From Octopus sinensis (lineage: Eukaryota), in the NCBI RefSeq assembly GCF_006345805.1, contig NC_043000.1:113460001-113524000 (forward strand): a stretch of 64,000 bases of DNA. The letters run 5' to 3'. Position numbers and translations under genes: made by a program. Each line of letters opens with the position of its first letter. Position 1 is the stretch's first letter. The notes beneath the pieces are model-generated. The model was not told the DNA's origin. It saw only the letters and a program-made list of their open reading frames with translations, and did not search any database. This document shows positions 23,583 to 37,632 of the stretch, piece after piece.

Positions 23583-26500
23583 TCATAGAATCATAGTCAA
23601 GGTGGCTTCGTCATTCATACGTGCCATCCTTGCTACATTCACCCATCTTTTTTTAAAACATTCACTAGACAAAACTTGCCTCTCTACTCTCACTTTTTTC
23701 TTCAAGTGATACTTGAAGAAGTTGATGAGAGATTGACCAGAGAGGAAAGTGTTTGTCTCTAATCCTTTCAGACGCGTCCACCAGATACATTCTTTCGCCA
23801 TAGCCACAAGTATGATAAAAATAGCTCTTCCTTCCCGTTTGAAGGAAGGAGGCGTGACGATATTAACGATAGACTCGGCTGATAAACCGACACGTCCCAC
23901 ACGTGACAGCAGTCGTTCGACATAAGCCCACAGGTGGGAAATTGCTGGACACTGCACGATTGCGTGCAGAGCGGTTTCGTCGCTCTGTCCGCATCTCGGG
24001 CAGGTCGGCCCCGTGTTTCTCGAGCCATGCCTATAGAGCTTATCCCGAACGGGTAGCGCTTCTCGGTAGCACCACCAGGCCAGGGATCTCTGGAAGTTGT
24101 CCATAGGTCCCGGGCCGAAAGTCGTTTGAAACAGGCGGGTCAGGTATTCCTCGTCGACGCCCAGGTTTGCCCCGAGCTCGTCGTCGTACCTCCCCTCCAC
24201 TAATCCCCTATAGAATGCTTTGGTTGTGTTGAAGTCACTCAAGGTCGACCCGGGACGGCAGAGTTGCTTGAGAGCAACGCGACACTCGCGGTGCCATTCG
24301 CCCTTCTTCGGCCTCTTTTTGATCCACGACTGTAGTTCGGTCATGGAGACGAGTTGCGGGAATGCGTGCCTCACAAACGGCGACCACACCTGTTCACCGT
24401 CGTCTACATAGAGCCGGAGATGTCGCAGTCTCAGCGCGTGTCTGCGCATCATCAACCACGGCATGCCCAGCCCTCCTTTTAACGGGTGTTGACAGCAAAT
24501 GGATCGCCTGACCATCGGGACGCATCCTTTCCACAAGAAGCGGAAGAGGATGCGTTCTAGTTTGGTGATGGTAGGGTCGGGACAAGGTACGACGGTCAGG
24601 CGGTAGTAGATGATGGACGCGATGTACGCGTTCACCACCTCCGCCCGACCTTTTAGGGACAGTTTCCTCTCGGCCCATTGCTGGGCGAGAGTGACCACCC
24701 TACTCGTTATCTCGTTCCAGTTCTTCTCCATTTGGAGGTCCGGACCGAACCAGACCCCGAGCAACTCAACCGGGCCGTCTGTCCAGCGTCCCACGACGGA
24801 GGTACTGGTGGACGGCATGGGCTTGCTTCTCCAGTTCCCTAGCCGCAAGCCCACTGACTTTTCCCGGTTGATTTTTGCTCCTGTCACCGCTTCGTAGTCT
24901 TTCAGTGTCTCGCCGACCCGCTCGATGTGCTCGTGGCTTGACACTATGACGGTGACGTCGTCCGCGTTTGCAGACACGCTCGTCCCGCATCCTAATTCTC
25001 GCGGGATGCCCCTCAGAGTCGCCAGCTTCCGCAGTAGTGGCTCAAGAGTCAATACGTATAGAAGCGCCGAGAGGGGGCATCCCTGACGGACCGAACGTGC
25101 AATGTCGAAGGGTCTCGATAGATGTCCATTTACGCGAATTACCGAACGGATGCCTCTGTACAAGGCAGCTATCCAGCCGCGGAAGACGGGACCGAAACCA
25201 GCCGCTCTCAGGACTGCCTCCAAGTATCGATGGTCTACCCTATCAAAGGCTTTCGATTGATCCAAGTTGATCAGGGCCCCACCCATGCCAGGTTCGTTAA
25301 CTACCCTGTCTATGATGTAGCGCATCAGATGGAGGTTGTCATGGATGCTCCGGCCCGGCACGGCGCACGTTTGTGCGTTGTCGACCAGTTTCTCCATGAC
25401 AAGCGCCAACCTCTTGGCTAACACCTTTGTCAAAATTTTCAGGTCTGCATTGAGCAGAGTGATTGGCCTAAAGTTATCTATAATGTTTCCTTGTTTGGAT
25501 CTTTCTTCAGCAGAGTTACAGCTCCTCGACTCACAAAACCGGGTATGCTCCCGTTTTGCTGCCAGTTGCAGTATACCGCTGCCAAGACGTCTCCAAACAA
25601 GTCTGGCATACAATAGTAAAATTCGTAGGGTAGACCATCCAAACCCGGTGATTTGTCCCTCGAGCATTCTGCCATCGCTTCCCGCACTTCCGCCGCCGTG
25701 ATGGCACCTTCGCAGCACCCTGCCTTTCTTGTCGAGAGTCGTGGCAGGCTATGTAGGTAGGCACTGAAGTCTACCCTACGTTCTTGCCCTCCACTCGTCC
25801 CGAACAGTCGGGCAAAATGCTGCTGAAAGGCCTCACACATTTTACTTGGCTCGAGCAATTCGCGCCCCTGTTCATCTACCAGTGACCGAATGGTGGCTTT
25901 GTTGCCCTGTTGCGCCTCTGCCACCCGGGCCTCTCTCGCGGCTCCAACACCTTCGTTCCTTAGAGCACGCATCCTAGCTCTGACAGCACATCCTTCGTGT
26001 TTGGCGTTGAAGTGTTGGTCGAGGGCCAACCTCGCCGCCAAAACGTCGGATGCGATGCCGCTTCTAATTGCCTCTTCTAGCTTCTTAACTAGCTCACCCT
26101 CTACTCTATTTCTATCTATGGCTAGTGCTTTGCTGTACCTAATCGCTTCTGTTTTACTGCTCTCTTGAGGGCAAACCACCATTGTTGTTGATGATGGCTC
26201 CCGTCAAAGCCCTCTTTACTAGTGTGCTAATCCGGTCTCTGAAAACTTGTCTGGACGGGAATGATGCGTTCAGTTTCCAGTACCCAGGACCCTGTCTATG
26301 TGCCTTATCTAAGTCTAGCGTACACGTCACCAATTTGTGATCCGTGTAGCTGACTGTGTGGAATTGTGGACATCCTAAGTTATCCTTGTCTACTGTCCTA
26401 CACAGTATCCTATCTAGATACGATCTCGACGACCCACTGCGGTTGCTCCATGTCCACGTTGGTGCATTTGGGTGGTCGAGTCGGTACCTGTCAGACAGTT

Positions 26501-27017
26501 GGAATCGTCTGAGCAGGTCTCTGAGGCATTTGCATCCCCTTCTGTTTCTGTCTCTACCCACGTAGTCTACATGCGTGTCCAAGGTAGCATTCCAATCCCC
26601 CACTAAGAGTAAAGGACGAGACGTTCCCAAGAATACTTCTAGACGTCGAAAGAAATCCGCCCGACCTGTTAAGGGCGGTGCGTAGACTGATACGAGTCGA
26701 AAAGCGCACCCATTGCTGCCGTCAACATCCAGAACGATCAGTCTACCCTCCGGGTCTACGAATATCGTCTTGACTTCGAGATCCAGGCTCTTGTGAAAAA
26801 GTACCGCGGTGCCACTACCGCCCATCCTCGGCAGACAGGGAGCGAAATAAATGTTAAACTGTCCGCCAAACATGGACTTTAGGGCCCGTGGCTCGTGGAG
26901 TCTGGTCTCACTTATGGCTATGATTCCCAAATCATGTGACTTGATGTCATTTAGGAGGTATCCTTGTTTCCAAGGAGACCCCAAGCCACGCGCATTCACA
27001 CAACCAATCTTGACCAT
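23583..27017 (-). CDS. ORF2: AP endonuclease + reverse transcriptase + zf-RVT (two frameshifts, near 26180 and 25490)
   Basis: APE motifs VNARGL, ISET, GDWN, SYLDRIL, TDHKLV. RT motifs KSPGLDG, FRPITLLNADLKIL, LDQSKAFDRVDH, RQGCPLS, ANADD. C-terminal CPRCGQSDETALHAIVQC. Confidence 0.93.
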
Positions 27018-27164
27018 GATTCTATTGGGGTGTGTGCTTTAAAACACACAAATGAAAGTACAGAGAGTTACTTACTTGTGTCGAAAGTTTTGGCTTCCTC
27101 GTTCTTTGATGTGTCTTCGGGGAGGTTTCTATATAGTTTTGGGACAGATATTTCTGGAAACCCC

Positions 27165-29170
27165 CTACAGCATTTGGGAAGAGGGCTTTGAGTTTGTGGT
27201 GTTGTGTTTGTGTGATGTGTAGTATTTTGATGTGTTTGGGTGGTGTAGTGCGTGGATGATTGCTATTTTTAAAGTCATCTCACAAATGTTTGTGTATCCT
27301 GTGATGTACTCCATTAGTTTGGAGTCTTTTGTGTCTATCGCTGATAGCATTGTTTTTGTGGTGTTGGTGCTTGTTTTGTTGTGTATGGAGTTTTCAGGGT
27401 TCAGGTATCTCCCTGCTTTGGTTGCGATTTCTTGTTTGGTTTTTCTTGATCTTTTTCTTTTACCCCCTGTGGCTATTTGCCATTCTGTCGAACTTTCATC
27501 GTTAGATGAAAAGTCTGACGAATCAGCAGGGGGCAAGGGTAAAGCGTCTGGGTGTGTTTGTGCGGTTGTAGATATTGTTGTGGTGCGCGGGGAGGGTGTT
27601 GCTGGGGGGTTTGTTGTGGTTATTGTCTCTCCTACATCCTTGGTGCTTGTCTTCTTCGTTGTTATTCTTGGTGTTGGAATTGGTTTATTTGTTGTTGGTG
27701 GTGATGATTCTGTTCTTGGCGCTGGTGTTGGTGTTGTTTGGTTGGGTTGGCTTGTTCTTTGTTGTTTTTCCTGCATTTCCGCATACAGCTTCTTGACTAG
27801 CTGTCCATATTGTGGTGTGGGCAATAATCCTGGCTTTTGTGATTTTTCCTGTGGCTGTTGTTGTTGTTGTAATTTTGCGGCAGATTTGCACTCCTTTTTG
27901 AGGTGTGCCTCACTGCCACATGTATAGCATCGTGGCCTTCTGCCCTCGACTACTACGTATAACTTGCGGCCATCCTCAAGATGTACGTGGGTGGGGATTT
28001 TATTTATGTCCTCTTGACTTATGTGGAAGAGGAACTCTATTCTCTTTCCAGCCAGTCCTTGTTTTCCGAAACACCGATATCTAGGATGTTTATGTCCTCC
28101 ATTTCGGATGTTAAGGCGGATGTAATCCACAGTGTTGTAGTCACTTGGGGGACACCACTGATAATGACTTTCGTCACCTTCTGGCCGAGGTAACTCGGTG
28201 TCAACGTTAGTTCATCAGAATGAAGGGTTATCGTTGAGAATTTCTTCGCCAACTCTTCATTCTGAAAAACCACCTGTACGTGTGCGAACTTGTTCGCCCA
28301 AGTCACACAATCCTTGTATCCCCAGATGGGGCGTAAGCACTTTTCGACTTTGTCTGTGCTTGCCTTTTCTGGACTTTTTGTTTTTTTATTTGTGATTTTA
28401 TATACAAGTGTCTTTTTTTTCTCCTCATTCAGTATGTGCTGAGGTATGTGTAAGAGTATTTTTCCGTTTTGATTTGTAATAAGGTTTCTGCAATCTTTAA
28501 TCTGTTGTGTAGTAAACGAAACTTTTGTTACCTTTTCTTTTATCGCCTCGGCGAAGTTTGTTGTTGTTTTGTTATTGTTGTTACTGCCGGTGGTGTTGGT
28601 GTTGATGGCAGGGGTGTGGGTTGTAGGTTTGTGGTTGCTGATTATGCAACTAGCAAGGGGTGGAAAATTGCCTGCGTAATTTAGTCCTGCATTAGCGCAA
28701 ATTTCGGCATTTCGTTTGCTTGTCGTCGTTATTTTTTCACTTGTTGGTGATGGAGTGAGCAGTGGTTGAAGGGAATTGTTGTTGTCGTCGTCGTTGTTGT
28801 TGTTGTTGTTGTTGTTGTTATTGTCGTTCTTGGTGACGGCGGTGGTGTTAGTAGTATTAGTAGCATTGACGGCACGGTCTTTGGTGGCGGTGATGTTGGT
28901 ATTGTTATTGGTGGCGACATCTTTAGTAGGGATAGCAGTTTTAGTAGCAGATTCTGCCATGGTGTTGTTGTCGGTGTTGGTGGTGGTGGTGGACTCACTG
29001 ATGGTGTTGACGGTGCTTGGCCTTGCGACCTTTGTTTTGTATTTGTTGCTGTTGTCGATGTTGATGGTGGCGGAGTTGTCAGGTTCAGCGTAAGGTAACA
29101 GAGCATCCTGTTTTTCTGCCTCTGCGTCACGCTTGACTTGCACCTCAGCCTCGTGGTGACCAGTGGCCAT
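27165..29170 (-). CDS. ORF1: gag-like nucleic-acid-binding protein (one frameshift near 28050)
   Basis: ATG at 29170, low-complexity N-terminus, EGRRPRCYTCGSEAHLKKEC (CX2CX4HX4C knuckle), basic GGKRKRSRK segment. Confidence 0.85.
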
Positions 29171-29390
29171 TTTGGAAATAAAATGGCTAAATGAAACCAC
29201 GAAGGCTATGAGAATTTTTTCTTTTAAATTTTGCCCACAAGGGGCAAAATTTTGTGTAGATATTAATCAAGGTTTGCAGTGGATGTTGTTGCACAACTTT
29301 TAAACACAAAATATTTCACAATAAACAATTTTCAACGTACAAAATGACCAACTTACGTGGAGCCCATTTGACTAGCGTCCGTCCATGTCG

Positions 29391-29540
<150 letters not shown>

Positions 29541-30707
29541 CGCATGTATTTTTTATATATAGATACATCAACATGCGTATGTTTCCCTAAAGTGAAGGTG
29601 GTTCTATACCTGTATATATGAGGAGGGGTGCGGTGTGCAATACCTTCCAATGTTCAGATATTAATACAATTATCTTCATTGCTATTGCTTAAAAGGTAAG
29701 CTGTAAGAATTTTTACTGTTTTGGCCAAAACCTCTGTGGAATTTGGTGCACCTCTTAACGTGCTAATCTCAAATTTCGCCAGATCGCATTTGCTTTTTAT
29801 TCTCTCGATGGGTCAGTGAAAAACAACACCATTTGAGCACTAGGGTCGATGTAATTAAGCCATTCATGCCAATCATCTGTTTAAACTGACCCTTAATTTA
29901 TAAAGGTATAAAACAAATACTTGATGCAAATTGTGATTTGTGTATGATCCGAATCATACATGAAACATGTTCTTAACGCGTATGCAGTCTGTATCAAACA
30001 GATTTCAATGGAATTTTTTTCTGTTGTTATTTAAGTGAAAATAATTGTATCTGTGAATTTTCAGGCAATTTCATTCACTATAAAAGTTTCGGTACTAATG
30101 GGTTAACTTGCCCGCTCTCCTCCAACGTGTAAGCCTTCTGTTGCCAAATCAAGAAATGTTATTATTCTTTAACCCATGGTCACTCACAGAGGAGATATTT
30201 GTTAAGAAGAATTCCAGATATGGTAATCACCTCATTTGTTCTGTCTGGGATTATATTGTTTACTATGTCCTTCACTTTTGATTTCGTGTATTTTCAGTGA
30301 GATGCCACCTCTATTTCTAGCAGACCTATCAACTCAATATGGGTTGCTATCTGCTCCCAATTTCAAGAAAAATGGTTTCCTTCAAATCGTGATAGAGCTA
30401 TTTATGTGTGTGTGTGTATGTGTGTGTGTGTGTATGTGTGTGTGTGTGTGTGTGTGGCAAATCGTGTGTGGATGCGTGCATATTTGAATATGTGTGTGTG
30501 AGTGCACATATATTTGAGTGTGTGTGTGTGTGTGTGTGGAAAATCGTGTGTGGATGCGTGCGTATTTGAATATTTGTGTGAGTGTACATATATTTGAGTG
30601 TGTGTGTGTGTAAGCTTAAATGTATTTGTGTGTGTGTGTGAGCGAGAGACAGACTTTACATGTATTGTGTGTGTGTATTTGAGTGTGAGCGTGTAAGTGT
30701 GTTTGTA

Positions 30708-30758
<51 letters not shown>

Positions 30759-31063
30759 CGTGTGTGTGAATGTTTAGGTCTAGTCGTGTACGATTCATTG
30801 TGTACGAATTCAAACATCAAGACAGCATTGCATTGTGTGCGTGAGTGTCTGGGAATATACTGTGTCTGTGTGTTGGTTCTTGTGAACGGTTCTGCACCTT
30901 CATGAGTCTGTGTTTGTGTGTGTGTGTGCTTGCACGTGAACCTCTGTATGTGTTGGTGTGTCTGTGTGTTCGTGTGAACCTGAGAACGTACGGGTGTGTC
31001 TGTGTGTTCGTCTTCATAAATATTTTCACTTCGAATTCCATCTGGTGTGGTGGATTTTGCATG

Positions 31064-31095
<32 letters not shown>

Positions 31096-31910
31096 ATATA
31101 CGTGATCTGTGTAACGTGTGTGTGTGTGTGTGTACTGTTTGTGGTCATCTTTGCTTCTCTCTCTCTCTCTTGTTCTCTCTCTCTCTCTCTCTGTCTTTGC
31201 GTGTATACATATATATATATATATATATATAATATATATATATATATAATTCAGGCGTGCATATGCGCCTAAACTGAGGGTATATGTGTAATGTAAGACT
31301 CAAATCGTGCTATCGCCGGTCTCTATGCATTTAAATGTCCTTGCGTCTGTCTGTGTGATTGTGTGCCGATCCTACTTTGTGTCTCTGCTCCCTCTGTGTA
31401 TGAATGCATATGCATAAGTATAGATGTGTATACTTATACACACACACACTTACATATATATATATATATATGTATGTATATATGTATGTATATATATATG
31501 TATATATATATGTATACATATATGTATATATATATATACATAATATATACATACATATATACATGTATATATATATATGTACATATATATATATACATTA
31601 TATATATATATATATATATATATTATACATATACATATATATACATATATGCCCCTGCGTGCGCGTGTGTTTGTGTGCAAGTCGTGTGCAAGTCGCAAGC
31701 TGGGCGCGTGCCAGCGTAAACCAGCTGGGTCTGGCCACCGCAGAGGATGCAGGCAGCTAGGCAGGCAGACAGACAAAGAGACAGATAGCGAGGCAAGTGG
31801 CACAGGCATGCAGACAAACAGCTATGCAGAGAGACAGACTGACAGACAGACTGACAGACACACAGACACACAGGCAGGCAGGCAGCCTCACATTAATTTT
31901 CTTCCATTCA

Positions 31911-31924
31911 CAAAAATGGCGGCC
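31911..31924 (+). promoter_or_regulatory. YY1-like motif in a CpG-containing non-repeat island
   Basis: AAAATGGCGGC matches the established YY1 consensus; function is inferred only. Confidence 0.3.
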
Positions 31925-32035
31925 GAATGTGCGACGATTTTTCCAATATAGTTGTGACAAGGTTAGTAGCTCGCTGCGAGAATAGAGCGAATGCGGAGGG
32001 CAGGGGGTTGAAGATATCCATACACATACTAGCAT

Positions 32036-32079
<44 letters not shown>

Positions 32080-32095
32080 TCAGATACATATGCAT

Positions 32096-32129
<34 letters not shown>

Positions 32130-32529
32130 TCGGATACATATGCATACACACACACACACATATGCATATCCACCCATAAATGGACGGCATGCCCACGAAG
32201 AGAATCTAACATTGTTCGAACACTTACATATACAGACACACGCATACATGCATATACAGGTTTCGCACGCGCACACATACGCGCATACGCATACGCACGT
32301 GCATCATTGTATATATGTGGGTGTAAGTGTATGTATGTATGCATCCATTTATGTCATCATGATTATATATATATATATATATATATATGCGTAAATATAA
32401 TGCATTTCTATATAATGCAAATATATATATATATTTATATATATTTATGTGTGTGTGTATACATTTATGCTTTAATATAAATATATACATACATATATAT
32501 ATACATATACATATATAATATATATATAT

Positions 32530-32602
<73 letters not shown>

Positions 32603-32872
32603 TATATATTGAATCTTATATATAATCAAAATTTAAAAGCAAACATATTCATTCAGAAATACACACACACTCACACACACACACACAGACACACACACAT
32701 GTATGTATGTATGTATGTATGTATGTATATATGTATGTATGTATGTATATTATAGTCTATATGCGCATATTTTCCCCTGTGTATGTCTGTACGTGTGTAT
32801 CTGAAATAAGAACAATAGCGACGACAACCACAACCACAACAACAACAGCAGCAACAACGACAACATCACCAA

Positions 32873-32905
<33 letters not shown>

Positions 32906-33528
32906 AAACTCGCAATCCAAAACAATAATATGGCGACGGCAGAAGATAAATGAAAGGGAAAATATTTACATCTGATTGTTAAAGTGAGTCCTACTAAACG
33001 GATTTTTAATATATTATTATCATACATTACTACAATTATTAATATTATTATTATTATCATTACTATTATTATTATTATTATCATTACTATTCTTATTAAC
33101 AATATTATTTTATATTTTACAACATTCATTTATCGTTCTATATTTACAACGCTTGTTTCTCAATAATTTTTATTTAATCATTTTTTCGCAAGAAATCCAG
33201 CTTTAACATATTCCGACTACTATGAATAACGCTTCTCTTTCATAATTCTCATTGTTTTTATTACTATTTTATTCGTATTATATCTATATATATATATTTT
33301 TTATTTCGTTATTCTTATCATTATCATTGTTTGTTCTCAATTATCATATTCTTTCTTCTTTCTTTCTGCGTCTTTCTTCTTTTTCTTTGAAATTCTTCTG
33401 AAGATTCCTTTTTTATGAACGATTACAACCTTCCTCGCAAAATTACGAGGCCTTCTGTCTAATTTCGAAAACGTCATCACTGTTATTCAGCTGCCGTTGA
33501 CATTACCATTGTCCCTATTATTATCCTT

Positions 33529-33624
<96 letters not shown>

Positions 33625-34009
33625 CATTATTATCCTTTGTCACCATATTCCCCATCGTTTAATATATTTCCTCCTTTTTGGTTATAATCTCCAAGTGTAT
33701 ACATATTTAGCAAATCACACATGAAATAAACATACATACACGCATTGATATGCACAGACGTGCATTCGTGTATGTGTTGGTGCACGCATATACACACATG
33801 TATATATGTCTGGGTTTGAGCGTGTGTATACGTTTGTTCCCAGTCTGCCCCGTGGTTCTCATTTAAACTGGAATGGAATTGAAACGGTTAACAATATTCA
33901 TTTCGGTAACGAATCCTTCTTGAAATCTCTACATCACCATTTAACGCAGTTTATCTTATAAAAAGAAAACAAAGCCTCCAAATCCAAAATAATATTGCTT
34001 TGAGTAAAG

Positions 34010-34119
34010 CCTTCAGTCCCACTGCGTGGCACATTGGGCAAGTGTCTTCTATTAGAGCATCGGAGCGACCAATGCCTTGTGAGTGGATTTCGTAGACGGA
34101 AATTGAAAGAAGCCCGTCG

Positions 34120-34183
<64 letters not shown>

Positions 34184-34385
34184 TGTGTGTTTGTGTCTCT
34201 GTGTTTTTACCCCCACCATCACTTGGCAACCGATGTTGGTGTGTTTACGTGCAAAAGAGACAGATAGAATAATTACTAGGCTTATAAAGAATAAGTCGTG
34301 GGGTCGATTTGTTCGACGAAAGGCGATGCGTCAGTATGGTCGCAGACAAATGACTGAAGCGAATAAAAGAATAAAAGAATAATAA
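34010..34385 (+). mobile_element. SINE family B
   Basis: ttcagtcccactgcgtggcacattgggcaagtgtc...gaagcccgtcg(TA)n(TG)n...ataagtcgtggggtcgattt...atgactgaa. Confidence 0.85.
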
Positions 34386-34417
34386 TATTTATCATGATTA
34401 ATTATATTTTATTGCCA

Positions 34418-34474
<57 letters not shown>

Positions 34475-35806
34475 CATTCACGTCGTTAGTATCTCCACCG
34501 CCGCCAAAATTCTTGTCCTCATTGCGATCGTCATTCGAACAATTCACCGTCAACCTCGTCACCTGACTGAATAAACAAACATTTGATAAATTGCAGCGAA
34601 GAACAGGAGCATCAGTGTATCTAGAACCAGCTAACTTTGGTTCTGTATCCAGCTGGCCAGCTGTCAACTACTGCTGCTATAATACATGCCTGTGTCTAAT
34701 ATGTCACTTGCCGCTCTAGTTTCACTTTCATTTTCCCAACACTTCTTGCCATCGTACTTTCATTTTCGATATTGCTGTGTGTTTACAGTAGTAGTCAGGC
34801 TTGCTAGAGGCAGCAATGGAATAACTACATTACAATGGTGAGTGAGTACTGTTGGCAGAATAATATCGCTAGATAGATGTCGAACGACAGATATTATTAT
34901 AGCTGTCTTGTACTGTGGTGTGTCCTCATTTAGTATCAATTTCTTCATATTTTAATATATTTATTAATGTGTATTCATGTATATAAATAGAGAAAGTCAG
35001 TGAAAAAGAAGGAAGAGAGACAGAGGGGGAGAGTGTAGCTAGTAACCAGTGACTGTGTTCGCTTGATTCCGTATTTGTTATTTCAGAGCCTGTCATGCAA
35101 CTATCTTGATAGGTACATAGAACACTATCTTAAAATACACATATAATGTATGACCATATTACACCAGCACATACACATGCACACAAGCAAAAACTTATGG
35201 AGACATACACGACGAGATGTATGAACACGTCTTCCGACATAACGCACATTCACAAACATGTACATATGCGGATACTAAACTGTGTGTTGACTCGAAATAT
35301 ATACGAAACGAAATAAAAGTACTAGCTCTGTTGCATTTTTTAAAAAATTATTATTACTAATAATTTTGTTTCTACTTTAGGGTAATAAATAGATAATAGA
35401 GCTCGTGTGAAATATTTCTTCCTACTCTCTGAGTTCAAATCCCGGTGAAGTCGACTTTTTGCCAGTTGTCCCTTCAAGGTGGATAAAATAAATTAAATCA
35501 AATACAAAGTCGATTTAAATGCTTGGTGATTTTTCGCCAACATGCAATGGATAAAGTAAGGTACGAAAGAACGCAGATCCTCATCTTAATGTGGGACCCC
35601 GATGTCAGGTAGATGGGATAATCGGTCGGAATGGACTACTGTCGAATGAATAAAGACGATTCATAATACCATGTACTACAGCCAATACAACAAGAACAGG
35701 CAGGCACATATAGACGCACATACATCTTCCAGCATCTCTATCTATTTGAACTATCTACACACACACATACAGACATACACATACTTACATACACACACAC
35801 GCATAT

Positions 35807-35883
<77 letters not shown>

Positions 35884-35888
35884 CAAAG

Positions 35889-36084
35889 ACAAAAGAGGTA
35901 CACAAAGAATAGGATATCTGACTCACTAGAGAGAGCAGTTAAACCCCAAGCCACTAATTGTTGGATTCCGAAAGTGAAAAGTTTTTATTTTTCAATCACA
36001 TTCGAAATTACAACATTTAGTGGCTTGGAGTTAACTGCTCTTTCTAGTGAGTCAGATATCCTATTCTTTGGGTATCTCTTTTGT
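35889..36084. repeat. Long foldback inverted repeat (~88-bp arms), MITE-like
   Basis: caaagaataggatatctgactcactagagagagcagttaa... pairs with ...ttaactgctctttctagtgagtcagatatcctattctttg; spacer about 20 bp. Confidence 0.9.
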
Positions 36085-36587
36085 GTTTTAATGTACACTG
36101 TATTCTTCTCTGAATATATATAGTCTATTGACTAATTTTTTCCTTCTCGCTAGACCACTGGTAACTAAGAATTTTTCGATAAATATTCTTGCTACCCTAA
36201 GATTTTAATATAATATATATATATATATATATACTGTGGGGGGGGTGCCTTAGTGTATTGCAATTGCGACAGTAAGATGGTCTTTTCTTTTCCTGCGCTT
36301 TCTGGACCCAGCGATGCGTTTGTGTTCTCGACGAAGACACATTACCCATTGTCCCTGTCCACTCAGCAGTCGAAAATGAGCGACCGTGCAACAGACTGGC
36401 GTCCAGTCCAGGACGAAATGTATGCACCACACAATCCGGGATACCAGTCGTACGAGCCTATGATTTGATTCCTTTTATTTTACTCTCTACATTTCTTTCT
36501 CTCTCTCGTACTTCGTCTCAACGCGTATACATGTCTACACAATATATATATATATACAAGATATATATATATAAATATATAGATACA

Positions 36588-36676
<89 letters not shown>

Positions 36677-36699
36677 TGTATGTATTTACGCATATATAT

Positions 36700-36920
36700 G
36701 CTGGCAGAATCGTTAGCACGTCGGGCGAAATTCTTAAAGGTATTTCGTCTGCCGTTAAGTTGTGAGTTCAAATTCCGCTGAAATCAACTTTGCCTTTAAT
36801 CCTTTCGGGATCGATATATTGGTACCAGCTACGCACTGGGGTCGATGTAATCGACTTAACTCTTTTGTCACTTCTTGTTTGTCCCCTTTATGTTCATCCC
36901 CCTGTGAGCAATAAAGAAAT
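36700..36920 (+). mobile_element. SINE family A
   Basis: gctggcagaatcgttagcacg...gagttcaaattccg...aataaagaaat. Confidence 0.85.
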
Positions 36921-36996
36921 GCGTATATAATATATATCTATATAAATATATATATATATATATATATAATATATTATATATATATATTATTATATT

Positions 36997-37027
<31 letters not shown>

Positions 37028-37412
37028 GTATGACAGTTACATATAAATAATATAGGTATTTATCTATATAGACAATCACATATATATGTACATTTCATAT
37101 ACGTTTAATTGTATATATTGCTCCCATTTGTGAGCGTTTGGGTGAATGCACTTATGTTAAATAGTCAGAATTTATATCTGATTTATCTCCCTTTCAATGA
37201 ATAATTCTTGACCAGGTTGTTACAAAATGTAGAGTACAATGTTATATAATAAATGAGTGGGTTGTATACGAATGTTATAGCTATACAATAAAGCGTATTG
37301 AATATTTTATTGATATCATGCACATTTGATATATATTTATATAACGGAAACAATATACTTTCACGAAAAACTTAAGTACTTCGAGTAACTTCCTGCTCAT
37401 GTGTAAGAACCT

Positions 37413-37632
37413 ATTTCTTTACTACTCACAAGGGGCTAAACACAGAGAGGACAAACAAGGACAGACAAACGGATTAAGTCGATTACATCGACCCCACTAC
37501 TTAATTTATCGACCCCGAAAGGATGAAAGGTAAAGACGACCTTGGCTGAATTTGAACTCAGAACGTAGCAGCTGACGAAATACCGTTAAGCATTTCGGCC
37601 GGCGCGCTAACGTCTCTGCCAGCTTGCCGCCT
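37413..37632 (-). mobile_element. SINE family A monomer with 16-bp TSD
   Basis: TSD tcatgtgtaagaacct at 37397-37412 and 37633-37648. Confidence 0.92.

Larger units (their letters stand above)
23181..29390 (-). mobile_element. Near full-length Tx1/L1-clade non-LTR retrotransposon (~6.2 kb)
   Basis: ORF1 with zinc knuckle, ORF2 with APE + RT + C-terminal CCHC, pyrimidine-rich 3' UTR ending aataaagaaacat, and (GATA)n on both flanks. Confidence 0.95.

Noticed and set aside
27232-27927. 231-aa antisense ORF inside LINE ORF1
   Set aside because: Explained by the low-complexity ACA/CCA-rich sense strand lacking antisense stops.
30458-30610. ~80-bp imperfect tandem duplication in a TG tract (similar case at 32070-32160)
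   Set aside because: Ordinary slippage within microsatellite DNA.
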